A DNA stretch of 64,000 bases from positions 186,001-250,000 of the IMG/VR virus record IMGVR_UViG_3300042482_000702; one strand, 5' to 3'. Made by a program: the position numbers and the translations under genes. The notes under the pieces were generated by a model, which had not been told where the DNA came from, did not search any database, and worked only from the letters and a program-made list of their open reading frames with translations. Positions 25,560-35,232 of the stretch are shown piece after piece (position 1 is the stretch's first letter; each line of letters starts with the position of its first letter).

Positions 25560-28500
25560 TCACGGACAAGTACCCCATACCGGTTTTGGTAATATCCAAG
25601 ATGTTGCTCCTGTGTCAAAATTAACTGGTTGTGTTGGAATAAGAGTCACGCACCAACTACTTAAATCTTGATTAAATGACGTTGAACCTTCAAACATGCT
25701 ATCCATATTTGTAACATTTGAAACATTCCACCCACCAATATTTTGATTGAATGCTTGACAACTCGAAAACATAGAACTCATATTTGTAACCCCTGAAACA
25801 TTCCAACCACTAATATCACCATTAAATAATGTGTTATTTCTAAACATATTGGACATATTAATAACATTACTCACATTCCAACCTGTGAGAGGTTGATTAA
25901 ACGATGTTGTTCCGTAAAACATACCATTCATAGATGTAATATTACTTACATCCCAACTATTAATGCTATTAATTGTTGTTATTGAAGTACAATTAGTAAA
26001 TGTATTCTCCAAATTAGTTACATTAGTTAAGTTAAGAACATCTACAACACTCGTTAATACTAAATTACTACATCCATAGAATTGAGCTCCATTATTACCC
26101 ATATTAAAACAACCCCATTGTAAAATTTCAATTATATTATCTTTTGATGTTGGTGTGCCAGCAAACCTCCAAGAACGCATTACCCCATCAATTGTAATAG
26201 TATAATCACCAGCAACTGAATATGTATGAGTATAATTACCATTAGTGTTTGGTGAAATATTTCCATCACCCCAATTAATAGTTCCACTCGGGAAAACACC
26301 ACCGGCATACACTGGTAATGTAATACTTTCATTAGGTGTGGTTGTTCTCCAAATAGAGATAAATGCTGGTGGAGGAGTAGATGTAGGTGTTGGCGTTTGA
26401 GTTGGTGTTGGAGTTTCAGTAGGTGTTTGTGTAGGAGTTTCAGTATTTGTTGGTGTCGGTGTTTGAGTTGGGGTTTCAGTTGGTGTGTTTGTTGGAGTTT
26501 CTGTAGGGGTTATTGTTGGTGTTGGGGTTATTCCGATAAATTTTAAATAAAGTTTTTCCCCCACTGAAATATAATCACCATTTTCATCTAAAATAGCGTC
26601 ATCAATTATTTGTTCAGGAATTGTTGGGGTTACGGTTGGTGTTGGTGTTGGTGTTGGTGTTGGAACTATTCCGGAAAATCTCAAATATAGTTCATCCCCC
26701 ACCGACAAGTATTCATTATTATTGACTAAAATAGCGTCATATATAAACTCTTCCGGTTGTGTTGGAGTGATTGTCGGAGTAATTGTAGGTGTCGGAGTGA
26801 TTGTCGGAGTAATTGTAGGTGTTGGAGTTGGTGTAGGCGTAGGAGTAACATTAAATATAAATTGAGAGTTAAAATTAAACGACATTCCTGTACCAGTATA
26901 ACTAATATTGGTTATCGTTCCGGTTCCGTCTAAACTATTATAATCACCATCTGGCACATATGTTTGAGTAAAACCTGAAGTATCACCTAATGGAATTAAT
27001 ATAGTAACAGGTACTGGAATAGTACCTCCGGTTATTACACCCAATTCCGCAATAAATTGTAATGTAAAATCAGAAATTACGGGTACTTGAGTTTCTACTA
27101 AGAAACCAGCACCAATAGACCCTCGGAAAATATATCCGGTAATTGTGGCAATATTATCTATTAAAATTTCGTAAGTAAAATCATCAACTAAACAAACATT
27201 AGTATTACAATCCGGACAATCCGGATTAAACATTTTGAAAGTGTCTTTTAATAATTTAAAGTTATGTTTTATTTCAGGTGCTGATAATGGTGAAACATAC
27301 ATTCTAAATTGAGATATCCCCCCATCAAAAGTTCCAGCAAAATTCTGTTCTATTAATATATTAGTGTTTAGACCTGAAAATGTTGTTCCGCTTAAATCAT
27401 TAGTTGGTAAACATTCAGGGTCTTGGATGTACGGACCTAATGGAGATGTGGATGAAGAGAATGTTAAATTTTCTCTTAAACCTTGAGTACCCCCACCCCA
27501 CGAAACATTAAAGGGAACACCAACTTGTTTTTCTTTATCGGTATTTAATCCCCTTGGAATAATCTCTTCAAAATCCTCAATAGTGTAAAATAACTTACCA
27601 TTGATATATATTTTTAATCTACCTTTTCTATAGTCTTTATCTAATAACCATTTTTCATTTAAATTAACTAATTCTATTTGTTCTGGTGTACGACCATTTG
27701 TGTGTGTATAAGGTACTGTGATTAACGATGCCGTATTATTGGCTAATGATTCTAAATATTTTCTTTCTGTTATATCACCAAGTCCCCCACGATACCATAA
27801 ATCACAAGTGTCTAACCAAGTATATCTTTCCCAAACCGCATTTAACTGAAACCAATGTTCCTCTTCTAAATAAGCTGGATTAATTAATTCACAATCTGGG
27901 TATATTCCACCAGGTGAACAATATTCTGTAATGGTATATCCGGTTGTGTAAGTAATTCCTGTCGTTTCACAACTACCAGTTGTTTCACATCCTCCGGTGA
28001 ATCGTAATACTTTTACACCAATTTGGGGATTTTTTGGGTCACCACAAAGTTTAAATGATAATGCGTTGGACATTGAGTCATATAATGGGTCAACCTCACA
28101 AGTATTTTCTATTGATGTAAATCCGGTGGTATTACAAGTGTCACAAGTATCACAAGTGGTACAGGTATTGCAACTTGGTGTACAAACAGGTGTAATATCA
28201 CAATTAGATTGAGTTGATGTTGGTGTAGGTGTTGGAGTTGGTGTTATATTAATAATTGTCTCACAAATATGATTCTGACATTCCCAACCACAACTCGCAC
28301 AAGAAGTTTCATTACAACTACAACCACAATTAACTTTAGTTACGGGATTCCCCCCGCATAAATCACAACCATAATTGGCGTGAGTATCGTGTTGATTATT
28401 TATAGACCTAGGTGGATAAACATAAATGCAACGACTATTAGTTATTGTATTATTACAACAGGCACAAGTTGTAACACCGGTTAATTCAGATGTTATTCTT

Positions 28501-29318
28501 GTATATCCTGTAAAACAATTTGGAGTACCATTTGCGTGATGATAAAATTTATTTTCCGCCCTTGTACCTAAATAAAAGAATGTGTTCTTATTTTGGGGAT
28601 ATATCTCATTAAGAGTTGTCTCACCTGAACTTGGTGTGTATTCATCAATTAAACGAGGTTTTAAAACCATCTCAACGCTCCACCCTTTATTTACTCGTTC
28701 AGGAAAAATTTCATAATCATATCCAAATAATTTATAAAACCCTTGATAAAATCCACCATATAATTCGTGGTATTTACCTTCCGATAATCCTTCTTTACTT
28801 ACAACCTCATATAGTATGGTTTTATCAAACCCTGAAAATCTAACATTAGGTGATTGAGTATGTCCTGTTATTTGAAATAATTTTAATCTTCTATCAAATG
28901 ATAACCTATCAAATTTAATAAAATCTGAGTATAGTCCTTTAGTGAAATTAATAGTTTCACCGCTCATTTTATCAACTAAACCATTGTCAATTCCTGTTAA
29001 TCCAATATCACAAGATGTTGATGATGAAAAACAAGAAAAATCATCGTTATTTGGGTTATAATAATTTTGAGAAACAAAAATATTATTAACATTATAATTT
29101 TTATAAGTTAATGTTTGGTCTTGAACTGTGAGAGGATTATTTATATCAAAATAGAATGGTAATTTATTACCATATGTTTGAGCAATTAAATACGGTGAGA
29201 AAATTACTTCCTCATTATAGTCTCTTTCATCGTTAGCTAACGACATATCTTGTGAGTCTAAACTCAACTTTAGAGACCAATTTGACTTATAATATTGATT
29301 TATATTTTGACTCGCCAT
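25560..29318 (-). CDS. Large virion protein: Cys-rich LamG-like N-terminal region, Thr-Pro linkers, PKD-like and BspA/DUF285 repeats
   Basis: RLKIYING...SWGGG...F.GGISQFRMY..PL...EI..NF (LamG-like); INWGDG; W(D/N)VSNV.NM..MF repeats (DUF285). Confidence 0.7.
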   Translation of the reverse strand: MASQNINQYYKSNWSLKLSLDSQDMSLANDERDYNEEVIFSPYLIAQTYGNKLPFYFDINNPLTVQDQTLTYKNYNVNNIFVSQNYYNPNNDDFSCFSSSTSCDIGLTGIDNGLVDKMSGETINFTKGLYSDFIKFDRLSFDRRLKLFQITGHTQSPNVRFSGFDKTILYEVVSKEGLSEGKYHELYGGFYQGFYKLFGYDYEIFPERVNKGWSVEMVLKPRLIDEYTPSSGETTLNEIYPQNKNTFFYLGTRAENKFYHHANGTPNCFTGYTRITSELTGVTTCACCNNTITNSRCIYVYPPRSINNQHDTHANYGCDLCGGNPVTKVNCGCSCNETSCASCGWECQNHICETIINITPTPTPTPTSTQSNCDITPVCTPSCNTCTTCDTCDTCNTTGFTSIENTCEVDPLYDSMSNALSFKLCGDPKNPQIGVKVLRFTGGCETTGSCETTGITYTTGYTITEYCSPGGIYPDCELINPAYLEEEHWFQLNAVWERYTWLDTCDLWYRGGLGDITERKYLESLANNTASLITVPYTHTNGRTPEQIELVNLNEKWLLDKDYRKGRLKIYINGKLFYTIEDFEEIIPRGLNTDKEKQVGVPFNVSWGGGTQGLRENLTFSSSTSPLGPYIQDPECLPTNDLSGTTFSGLNTNILIEQNFAGTFDGGISQFRMYVSPLSAPEIKHNFKLLKDTFKMFNPDCPDCNTNVCLVDDFTYEILIDNIATITGYIFRGSIGAGFLVETQVPVISDFTLQFIAELGVITGGTIPVPVTILIPLGDTSGFTQTYVPDGDYNSLDGTGTITNISYTGTGMSFNFNSQFIFNVTPTPTPTPTPTITPTITPTPTITPTITPTQPEEFIYDAILVNNNEYLSVGDELYLRFSGIVPTPTPTPTPTVTPTIPEQIIDDAILDENGDYISVGEKLYLKFIGITPTPTITPTETPTNTPTETPTQTPTPTNTETPTQTPTETPTPTQTPTPTSTPPPAFISIWRTTTPNESITLPVYAGGVFPSGTINWGDGNISPNTNGNYTHTYSVAGDYTITIDGVMRSWRFAGTPTSKDNIIEILQWGCFNMGNNGAQFYGCSNLVLTSVVDVLNLTNVTNLENTFTNCTSITTINSINSWDVSNITSMNGMFYGTTSFNQPLTGWNVSNVINMSNMFRNNTLFNGDISGWNVSGVTNMSSMFSSCQAFNQNIGGWNVSNVTNMDSMFEGSTSFNQDLSSWCVTLIPTQPVNFDTGATSWILPKPVWGTCP

Positions 29319-29328
29319 CTTTTTTATG

Positions 29329-29355
29329 ATAAATACTCTAAAACGAAGTATTTAT
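29329..29355. promoter_or_regulatory. Back-to-back TATTTAT motifs serving the divergent genes at 29318(-) and 29369(+)
   Basis: ataaata at 29329-29335 (minus strand) and tatttat at 29349-29355 (plus strand). Confidence 0.6.
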
Positions 29356-29368
29356 ATGAAAAAGTTAT

Positions 29369-30199
29369 ATGATAAATTTTAACACGGAGTACTTCAGTAA
29401 TAATTATTACTTCTTTTTAAAAGATAGGGGAGATAAAATATCCCTATATTATTCTGTTGCGGATACTTTAACCGAATCAAGAAAAAAAGATGAGAAGATT
29501 GACTTTGATAAAAAAGACACAAAAAAAATTAAAGATGTTATGTCTAAAGTTTTAAAGTCAAAGAAAAAAGTATCAAAAGACGATTTAACTAAAACTTTAA
29601 AAAATGTTAAATCCAAAACGGAAATAGAAGAATTTGTTGATGAAGATGGAACAATGTTAACATCTAGAATACCATATATTAATACAGCGCTATCTCCAAG
29701 AAAAACGATGGACCAGACTGTTCCTATGGCAAGAACAACTAACGACCCTGTTACTAGAGGTTATAGAGTTTATTATGGTGAGGGTGAAGAAAAGGGTGAT
29801 GAGATGATAAATGAGGTTGACTATTCAGAAGCATTTGGATATGTTGAAACTGAAAATATGGATTATGATAATACGGTTAAAACTCTCGCTAAAATGGGTG
29901 TTGAGAATCCTGAAGAAAGAGCTAAAGAATTTGGAAAACTTCCAAAACAAAAAAAACACGATGGTAAGTTAAAACAAAGATTATCAGAAAAAGATACAAT
30001 AGAAGAACAACAAAAACAACAAATGACTAAAATGGTTGAGGATATTTTAACCAAAAAATCAAAAAATGATTCTGAAGTTATTAAAAATAATGGTATCAGT
30101 AAAATATTAATGAAAAATATCCAATCTATTAAGAAAATCGCCGAAAAAGAAGGTATTAGTATTAATATGTTAATTAAATCACTAAAATCAAATGAATAA
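29369..30199 (+). CDS. Hypothetical protein (candidate head-internal protein)
   Basis: 276-aa charged ORF; LTES and INE motifs. Confidence 0.6.
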   Translation: MINFNTEYFSNNYYFFLKDRGDKISLYYSVADTLTESRKKDEKIDFDKKDTKKIKDVMSKVLKSKKKVSKDDLTKTLKNVKSKTEIEEFVDEDGTMLTSRIPYINTALSPRKTMDQTVPMARTTNDPVTRGYRVYYGEGEEKGDEMINEVDYSEAFGYVETENMDYDNTVKTLAKMGVENPEERAKEFGKLPKQKKHDGKLKQRLSEKDTIEEQQKQQMTKMVEDILTKKSKNDSEVIKNNGISKILMKNIQSIKKIAEKEGISINMLIKSLKSNE

Positions 30200-30662
30200 A
30201 GATTTATACGGAAAAACTTTTGTCATTCCTCAAGATGTTGTTGAGTATTTACATCAATGCAATCAAGCCGTTGGTGAAGTAGATGAAACAACCGAAGGAT
30301 TTAAAAGAAATAAAGATTTAAGAGACAAGAAAGAAGTTACATACCAACAATTAAAAAGAATGAAAAATTGGTTTGATAATTTTGATGGTCACGAAAATGA
30401 TACCACACATATTTTAAATGGTGGGCATTATGTAAAAAATTGGGTCAATGACACATTAAATTCAATGAGAGATAATGTTGAGAATACTAAACAAAACAAA
30501 TCTGAAGTATTACCAAATCAATTTATCCAACCTCACGAAAAAAATGATATGACCACAATGAATAGACCAAGTCAATCACATAAATCAGCGGTTAACAGAT
30601 ATGATTCAGCAATTGTTGAGAATTTACAAAGAATAAACGATTTAATAAAAAAAATAATTTAA
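30192..30662 (+). CDS. Hypothetical protein
   Basis: 156-aa ORF overlapping the previous stop; VTYQQLKRMKNWF...NGG..VKNWV. Confidence 0.6.
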   Translation: MNKDLYGKTFVIPQDVVEYLHQCNQAVGEVDETTEGFKRNKDLRDKKEVTYQQLKRMKNWFDNFDGHENDTTHILNGGHYVKNWVNDTLNSMRDNVENTKQNKSEVLPNQFIQPHEKNDMTTMNRPSQSHKSAVNRYDSAIVENLQRINDLIKKII

Positions 30663-30665
30663 GTT

Positions 30666-30959
30666 ATGGCAAATATAGACCCAACAGACTTAGCTCAACC
30701 AGACAATAAGTTGTCGTCAATTGCGACAGCTCAAAGAGCAATATTATTCCCAAAAAACGATTATAAAACAACCAACCAATATTCTTCGGTTAATCCTGAC
30801 GCATTGGCGGATGGTGATACTAAAGGTAAAGGAACCGGTGGAGATTTAGATGTTTATAATCAAGGAGCAGGAGCAATCCAAGACATTTTAGAAAGAAAAT
30901 CTGAAATAGTAGTGAATACCTTTAAACCAAACGCACCTTACACCACACCAAGCGCTTAA
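30666..30959 (+). CDS. Hypothetical protein
   Basis: 97-aa ORF, tightly packed in the operon. Confidence 0.6.
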   Translation: MANIDPTDLAQPDNKLSSIATAQRAILFPKNDYKTTNQYSSVNPDALADGDTKGKGTGGDLDVYNQGAGAIQDILERKSEIVVNTFKPNAPYTTPSA

Positions 30960-31375
30960 TGAAACTTTACAATACATTTAAGTCCCTTATTTTAGAAGTA
31001 GCGTCAGTTGACTCAATAGTCAGTGCTATAAAAAATAAAGACAAGATAATAATTTACTACGATGGTGATGAACCAGGTGGTCGTGGATTAAGGGAAATTG
31101 AACCTGTATGTTTCGGATACAGTAAAGCCGATAACCCTGTCCTACGAGCTTGGGATACTCAAGGAGCGTCTCACACCGGTTATAAAGGAGAACAACCCTT
31201 ACCAGGATGGAGACTTTTTAGAGCAGATAAAATTCTCTCTTTTAAACCATCCGGAGAAAAGTTTGACACACCAAAGCCCGGTTATAATACAGCCGGAGAT
31301 AAAAGTATGACAAGAGTTATCATAAATGCGGTTTTTAATGACCAACCAACTCAAACAGAACCAACACAATATTAA
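30959..31375 (+). CDS. WYL-domain protein
   Basis: I.YY.G......R.IEP...G......LRAW......WRLFR.DKI (WYL/SH3-like signature). Confidence 0.75.
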   Translation: MKLYNTFKSLILEVASVDSIVSAIKNKDKIIIYYDGDEPGGRGLREIEPVCFGYSKADNPVLRAWDTQGASHTGYKGEQPLPGWRLFRADKILSFKPSGEKFDTPKPGYNTAGDKSMTRVIINAVFNDQPTQTEPTQY

Positions 31376-31381
31376 AACATT

Positions 31382-31993
31382 ATGACAAACGAAAATAGTT
31401 TAATGGAAAAATTAATGATATCTAAAAAAATGATGGATATCCACAATCAAACACCAAGAGGGGGATTACCTTCTATGGATTCTTATAATTCACCAGAAGT
31501 TGCAACATACGACGCACCAAAAGCTAATTATGTTTTACCTCAAGAGTTTTTACAAGAAAACTCAACAACAAACGAACCTTATCTATCGTCAATCCCAAAA
31601 ACACCAACGACACAACAACCAATGACTCAAGATAGAGTTATGTCGTCTAAATTACCGGATGAGATAAAACGATTGATGATTGAACATCCAATTAATCAAC
31701 CAAATTCTATGGGGGGTGGTTCAGTATTGTCGGATGAATTAGTTGAGAAAGCATCTAAACTAATGAATTTAAAAGGCCCTCAACAACCAAAACAAATAGT
31801 TACAGAACAATCATCTCAACCAAATTTTAATAACAAACAATTAAAAGAAATGTTAAAAGAAGTTGTGGAAGAAGTATTATTAGAAAATGGTATATTAGCC
31901 GAGTCAACACAAAAATCAAACGAACTCTTTTCTTTTAAAGTTGGAAAGCATATATTTGAAGGTAAGGTCACAAAGATAAAAAAACTATCTTAA
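31382..31993 (+). CDS. Hypothetical protein (candidate head-internal protein)
   Basis: 203-aa low-complexity ORF with several (L/I/V)xE motifs. Confidence 0.6.
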   Translation: MTNENSLMEKLMISKKMMDIHNQTPRGGLPSMDSYNSPEVATYDAPKANYVLPQEFLQENSTTNEPYLSSIPKTPTTQQPMTQDRVMSSKLPDEIKRLMIEHPINQPNSMGGGSVLSDELVEKASKLMNLKGPQQPKQIVTEQSSQPNFNNKQLKEMLKEVVEEVLLENGILAESTQKSNELFSFKVGKHIFEGKVTKIKKLS

Positions 31994-32013
31994 CTTTATT
32001 TACTCTCAAGATT

Positions 32014-32044
32014 AACCCTCATCTACCAAGTTGGGGGTTTTTTT
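32014..32044 (+). terminator. Intrinsic terminator
   Basis: aaccctca...tgggggtt stem followed by a T run. Confidence 0.7.
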
Positions 32045-32056
32045 ATGGGACAATGG

Positions 32057-32085
32057 TTGATATTCTCATTAAGTATCGTTATATT
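32057..32085 (+). promoter_or_regulatory. sigma70-like promoter (TTGATA-17-TATATT)
   Basis: Follows the terminator, ~20 nt before the ATG at 32106. Confidence 0.45.
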
Positions 32086-32105
32086 TTCATTTATAATTTA
32101 ATAAT

Positions 32106-33323
32106 ATGAAAGAAAAAATTAATGTATTAGTTCTACCATCAGATACTTCAGGTGTTGGAAAATTTCGTTCGGTAGACCCTCATGTATTCTTACAAAACCA
32201 ATATCCTGATGATTTTCATGTGGATATAGATTATACCCCAAAGATAGATGATATTAATTATTGGAAAAAATATCAGATAATTCACGCTCATAGAACTATT
32301 GGTAATAACTACGAAGTGTCAGCACAAATAATTAAAGGATTAAAAGAATTAGGTATTATTGTCATTATTGATATCGATGATTATTGGTTACCAACAGTAG
32401 ACCATCCAATCCATAGTATTATCGTAAAACATAAAATTCACGAGAAAATTGTTGCAAACTTAAAAGAAGCCAGTTATGTTACAACGACAACTGATTTATT
32501 TGCAAACGAAATTCGTAAACTCAATAAAAATGTATTAGTTTTACCAAACGCTATAAATCCAAAAGAAGGTCAATTTAATCAACCAACACCACCGTCAGAA
32601 AAGATTAGAGTTGGATGGCTCGGAGGTAGTTCACACATTGAGGATTTAAATTTATTGGGGGATTTTGTTCAGAAAAATCAAGACATAAATGATAAATTAC
32701 AATATGTTATTTGTGGTTTTGATATTAGAGGTACCGTAACAGAACTTAACCCACAAACAGGTGAAGAAAGAAAAAGAGATATATTACCTCACGAAACTGT
32801 TTGGACTAAATATGAAGATATTTTCACTAACAAGTATAAAACCATAGATGAGAACTATAAAAAACATTTATTAGAGTTCAAAGAACGAGAATTCTTATCA
32901 ACAAGTGATTTGCCATATGTTAGAGTTTGGACAAAACCTGTTACAACTTATGCTATGAATTATTCAAAATTTGACATATCTTTGGCACCGATTAAAAATC
33001 ATATCTTCAATAGAATGAAATCTCAATTAAAAGTGATTGAGGCTGGGTTTTATAAGAAAGCGTTAATTGCGTCAGAAATTGGTCCTTACACGATTGATTT
33101 GAAACATTGTTTGAAAAATGGTAATTTCACAGATGGTAATGCAATTTTAATCCCTGAAAATAGAAATCATAGTGATTGGTCTAAATCAATTAAAAAGTTG
33201 GTTCAAAACCCTGAAATGATTACTGAATTGGGTGAACGATTATTTGAGACCGTTAAAGACAAATATGATTTAAAAAATGTTACAATTACAAGAGCAGAAT
33301 TTTACAAATCTTTAATTAAATAA
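32106..33323 (+). CDS. GT-B fold (GT4-like) glycosyltransferase
   Basis: SGVGKFRS..P, DIDDYW, LPNAI, VGWLGGSSH..DL, DISLAPI...FN.MKS.LK.IEAG. Confidence 0.8.
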   Translation: MKEKINVLVLPSDTSGVGKFRSVDPHVFLQNQYPDDFHVDIDYTPKIDDINYWKKYQIIHAHRTIGNNYEVSAQIIKGLKELGIIVIIDIDDYWLPTVDHPIHSIIVKHKIHEKIVANLKEASYVTTTTDLFANEIRKLNKNVLVLPNAINPKEGQFNQPTPPSEKIRVGWLGGSSHIEDLNLLGDFVQKNQDINDKLQYVICGFDIRGTVTELNPQTGEERKRDILPHETVWTKYEDIFTNKYKTIDENYKKHLLEFKEREFLSTSDLPYVRVWTKPVTTYAMNYSKFDISLAPIKNHIFNRMKSQLKVIEAGFYKKALIASEIGPYTIDLKHCLKNGNFTDGNAILIPENRNHSDWSKSIKKLVQNPEMITELGERLFETVKDKYDLKNVTITRAEFYKSLIK

Positions 33324-33327
33324 AAAA

Positions 33328-34029
33328 ATGATAAACATACCTTTAACCAAAATATTGTTTCTTGATATTGAGACAGTCGGTGGTTGCACAAACTATACAG
33401 AGTGTAAAGTTAATAATCCTAATGTTGCCAAACAATTTGAAAAGTATTTTGATTGGTTTCAAAAAAGATTTCCGGAAGATATTGGTCAGTCATTAGACTA
33501 TGTTTTTGAAAAACGAGCGGCTTTAGTTCCCGAGTTTTCAAAAATTGTTTGTGTTAGTGTAGCGTTTGTTATGGACAATGGGGATATTAAAAAACAATCA
33601 TTCTCCGGAGACGATGAAAAAAAATTACTAAAAGATTGTCAAACATTACTTAATCGTTGTGGTAAATTAGATTTTTATCTATGTGGACATAACTTAAAGA
33701 ATTTTGACATTCCGATGTTGGCAAAACGAATGATTATTAATGGTTTAAAACCATCATCAATTTTACCATCTTATAATACCAAACCTTGGGAGATTAAAGC
33801 GATTGACACCAAAGAAATTTGGCAATACGGAGCTTACACCGCAATTGGTTCCTTGGACTTAATGTGTTCTTGTATGGATGTTCCATCACCAAAGGAAGGT
33901 GATGTTACTGGAGATAAAGTTCACGACGCGTATTGGAATAAAAATATGTTACCAGAAATAACCGCTTATTGTGAACGAGATGTGTTGGTATTAATTGATG
34001 TAATAAAAAAATTAAAAGAGTTAGAATAA
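33328..34029 (+). CDS. DnaQ-like 3'-5' exonuclease (PolB-exonuclease-related family)
   Basis: LFLDIET (ExoI), GHNLKNFDIP (ExoII), YCERDV (ExoIII). Confidence 0.85.
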   Translation: MINIPLTKILFLDIETVGGCTNYTECKVNNPNVAKQFEKYFDWFQKRFPEDIGQSLDYVFEKRAALVPEFSKIVCVSVAFVMDNGDIKKQSFSGDDEKKLLKDCQTLLNRCGKLDFYLCGHNLKNFDIPMLAKRMIINGLKPSSILPSYNTKPWEIKAIDTKEIWQYGAYTAIGSLDLMCSCMDVPSPKEGDVTGDKVHDAYWNKNMLPEITAYCERDVLVLIDVIKKLKELE

Positions 34030-34625
34030 TGGAATATAATAATTTAGATTTTTTAGAGGAAAAGGCTAAAGAATTAAGACAAAGATTAGAGGGTGATTTC
34101 GAAGATTTAGATATGACCGAAATGATGAATGAATTGGGTGTTGATATTAAAGATTTAGAGGATAAAATGTTAAATCATAGAACTAAACTACCTTTACAAT
34201 TTAATAAATTACATCCCGACGCAACAACACCAAAATATAATTACGAAGGAGATTCAGGGTTTGATTTACATTCTATTGATGAGATAATCATACCCCCATT
34301 TGGAAGAGCATTAGTCCCTACTGGATTATCTTTTGATATTAAAGATGGGTATGAAATTCAAGTTAGAACCAAAAGTGGTTTAGCCATTAATCAGGGTCTT
34401 ATGATATTAAATTCTCCCGGAACAGTTGATTCGTCATACACTGGAGAAATAAAGGGGATTATTTTTAATACTAACCCTTTTGAATTTACAATACCTAAAG
34501 GTATGAAAATAGGTCAAGCTGTCTTATGTCCCGTTGTAAATGGGGGGTGGGTTGACTTGGTAGAAGTTAATAAAATAAACGAAAAAGATAGAGGTGAAAA
34601 TGGATTTGGAAGTACAGGGATATAA
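34029..34625 (+). CDS. dut: Trimeric dUTPase with N-terminal extension
   Basis: GDSGFDL, RTKSGLA, NSPGTVDSSYTGE, IGQAV, RGENGFGSTG (motifs I-V). Confidence 0.95.
   Translation: MEYNNLDFLEEKAKELRQRLEGDFEDLDMTEMMNELGVDIKDLEDKMLNHRTKLPLQFNKLHPDATTPKYNYEGDSGFDLHSIDEIIIPPFGRALVPTGLSFDIKDGYEIQVRTKSGLAINQGLMILNSPGTVDSSYTGEIKGIIFNTNPFEFTIPKGMKIGQAVLCPVVNGGWVDLVEVNKINEKDRGENGFGSTGI
34577..34607 (+). repeat. 31-bp exact direct repeat, copy 1
   Basis: aaacgaaaaagatagaggtgaaaatggattt. Confidence 0.95.
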
Positions 34626-35232
34626 CTCAATAGATTTAAAAGTGGTAATGAGACCTTATGAGTCAGAACATGAATTAAGATTGTTTTGTCAAGAATTAAA
34701 AAAAACATTAGGAGATTCTCCGACAATTGTTGAACTTGGTTCATATATGGGTGAAAGTAGTTTAATTTTTTCTCAAGAATTCCCTAATGGGAAAATTATA
34801 TGTATAGATTCGTGGGAAGGTGGGTTTGACGATTCCGATTCCGCTAGTCACGCCGATTATATTGATGTTGAAGAACAGTTTGATTTAAGATTATCATCTG
34901 TTAATAACATTACAAAATTAAAAGGATATTCGACAGATTTCACAATCGAATGTGATATGGTTTATATCGACGCTTGTCATAAATATGAGTGTGTTATGAA
35001 CGATATTAAACATTGGGGACCATTAACCACGAAAGTAATTTCCGGTCACGATTATAATACAGATGAATTTATTAGGATTCATCCACATATTGCAGGGGTT
35101 AAAGTTGCAATAAATGAATCTTTAGGGATTCCGGATAAAATATTTGGTGATGGGTCATGGTTTAAAATAATATTTAATAAAAACGAAAAAGATAGAGGTG
35201 AAAATGGATTTAGTTCAACAAAATTGTTTTAA
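34594..35232 (+). CDS. Class I SAM-dependent methyltransferase (Methyltransf_24-like); start probably ATG 34600 or 34648
   Basis: VELGSYMGES, CIDSW, DMVYIDACHKY, ISGHDY. Confidence 0.85.
   Translation: MKMDLEVQGYNSIDLKVVMRPYESEHELRLFCQELKKTLGDSPTIVELGSYMGESSLIFSQEFPNGKIICIDSWEGGFDDSDSASHADYIDVEEQFDLRLSSVNNITKLKGYSTDFTIECDMVYIDACHKYECVMNDIKHWGPLTTKVISGHDYNTDEFIRIHPHIAGVKVAINESLGIPDKIFGDGSWFKIIFNKNEKDRGENGFSSTKLF
35181..35211 (+). repeat. 31-bp exact direct repeat, copy 2
   Basis: aaacgaaaaagatagaggtgaaaatggattt. Confidence 0.95.
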
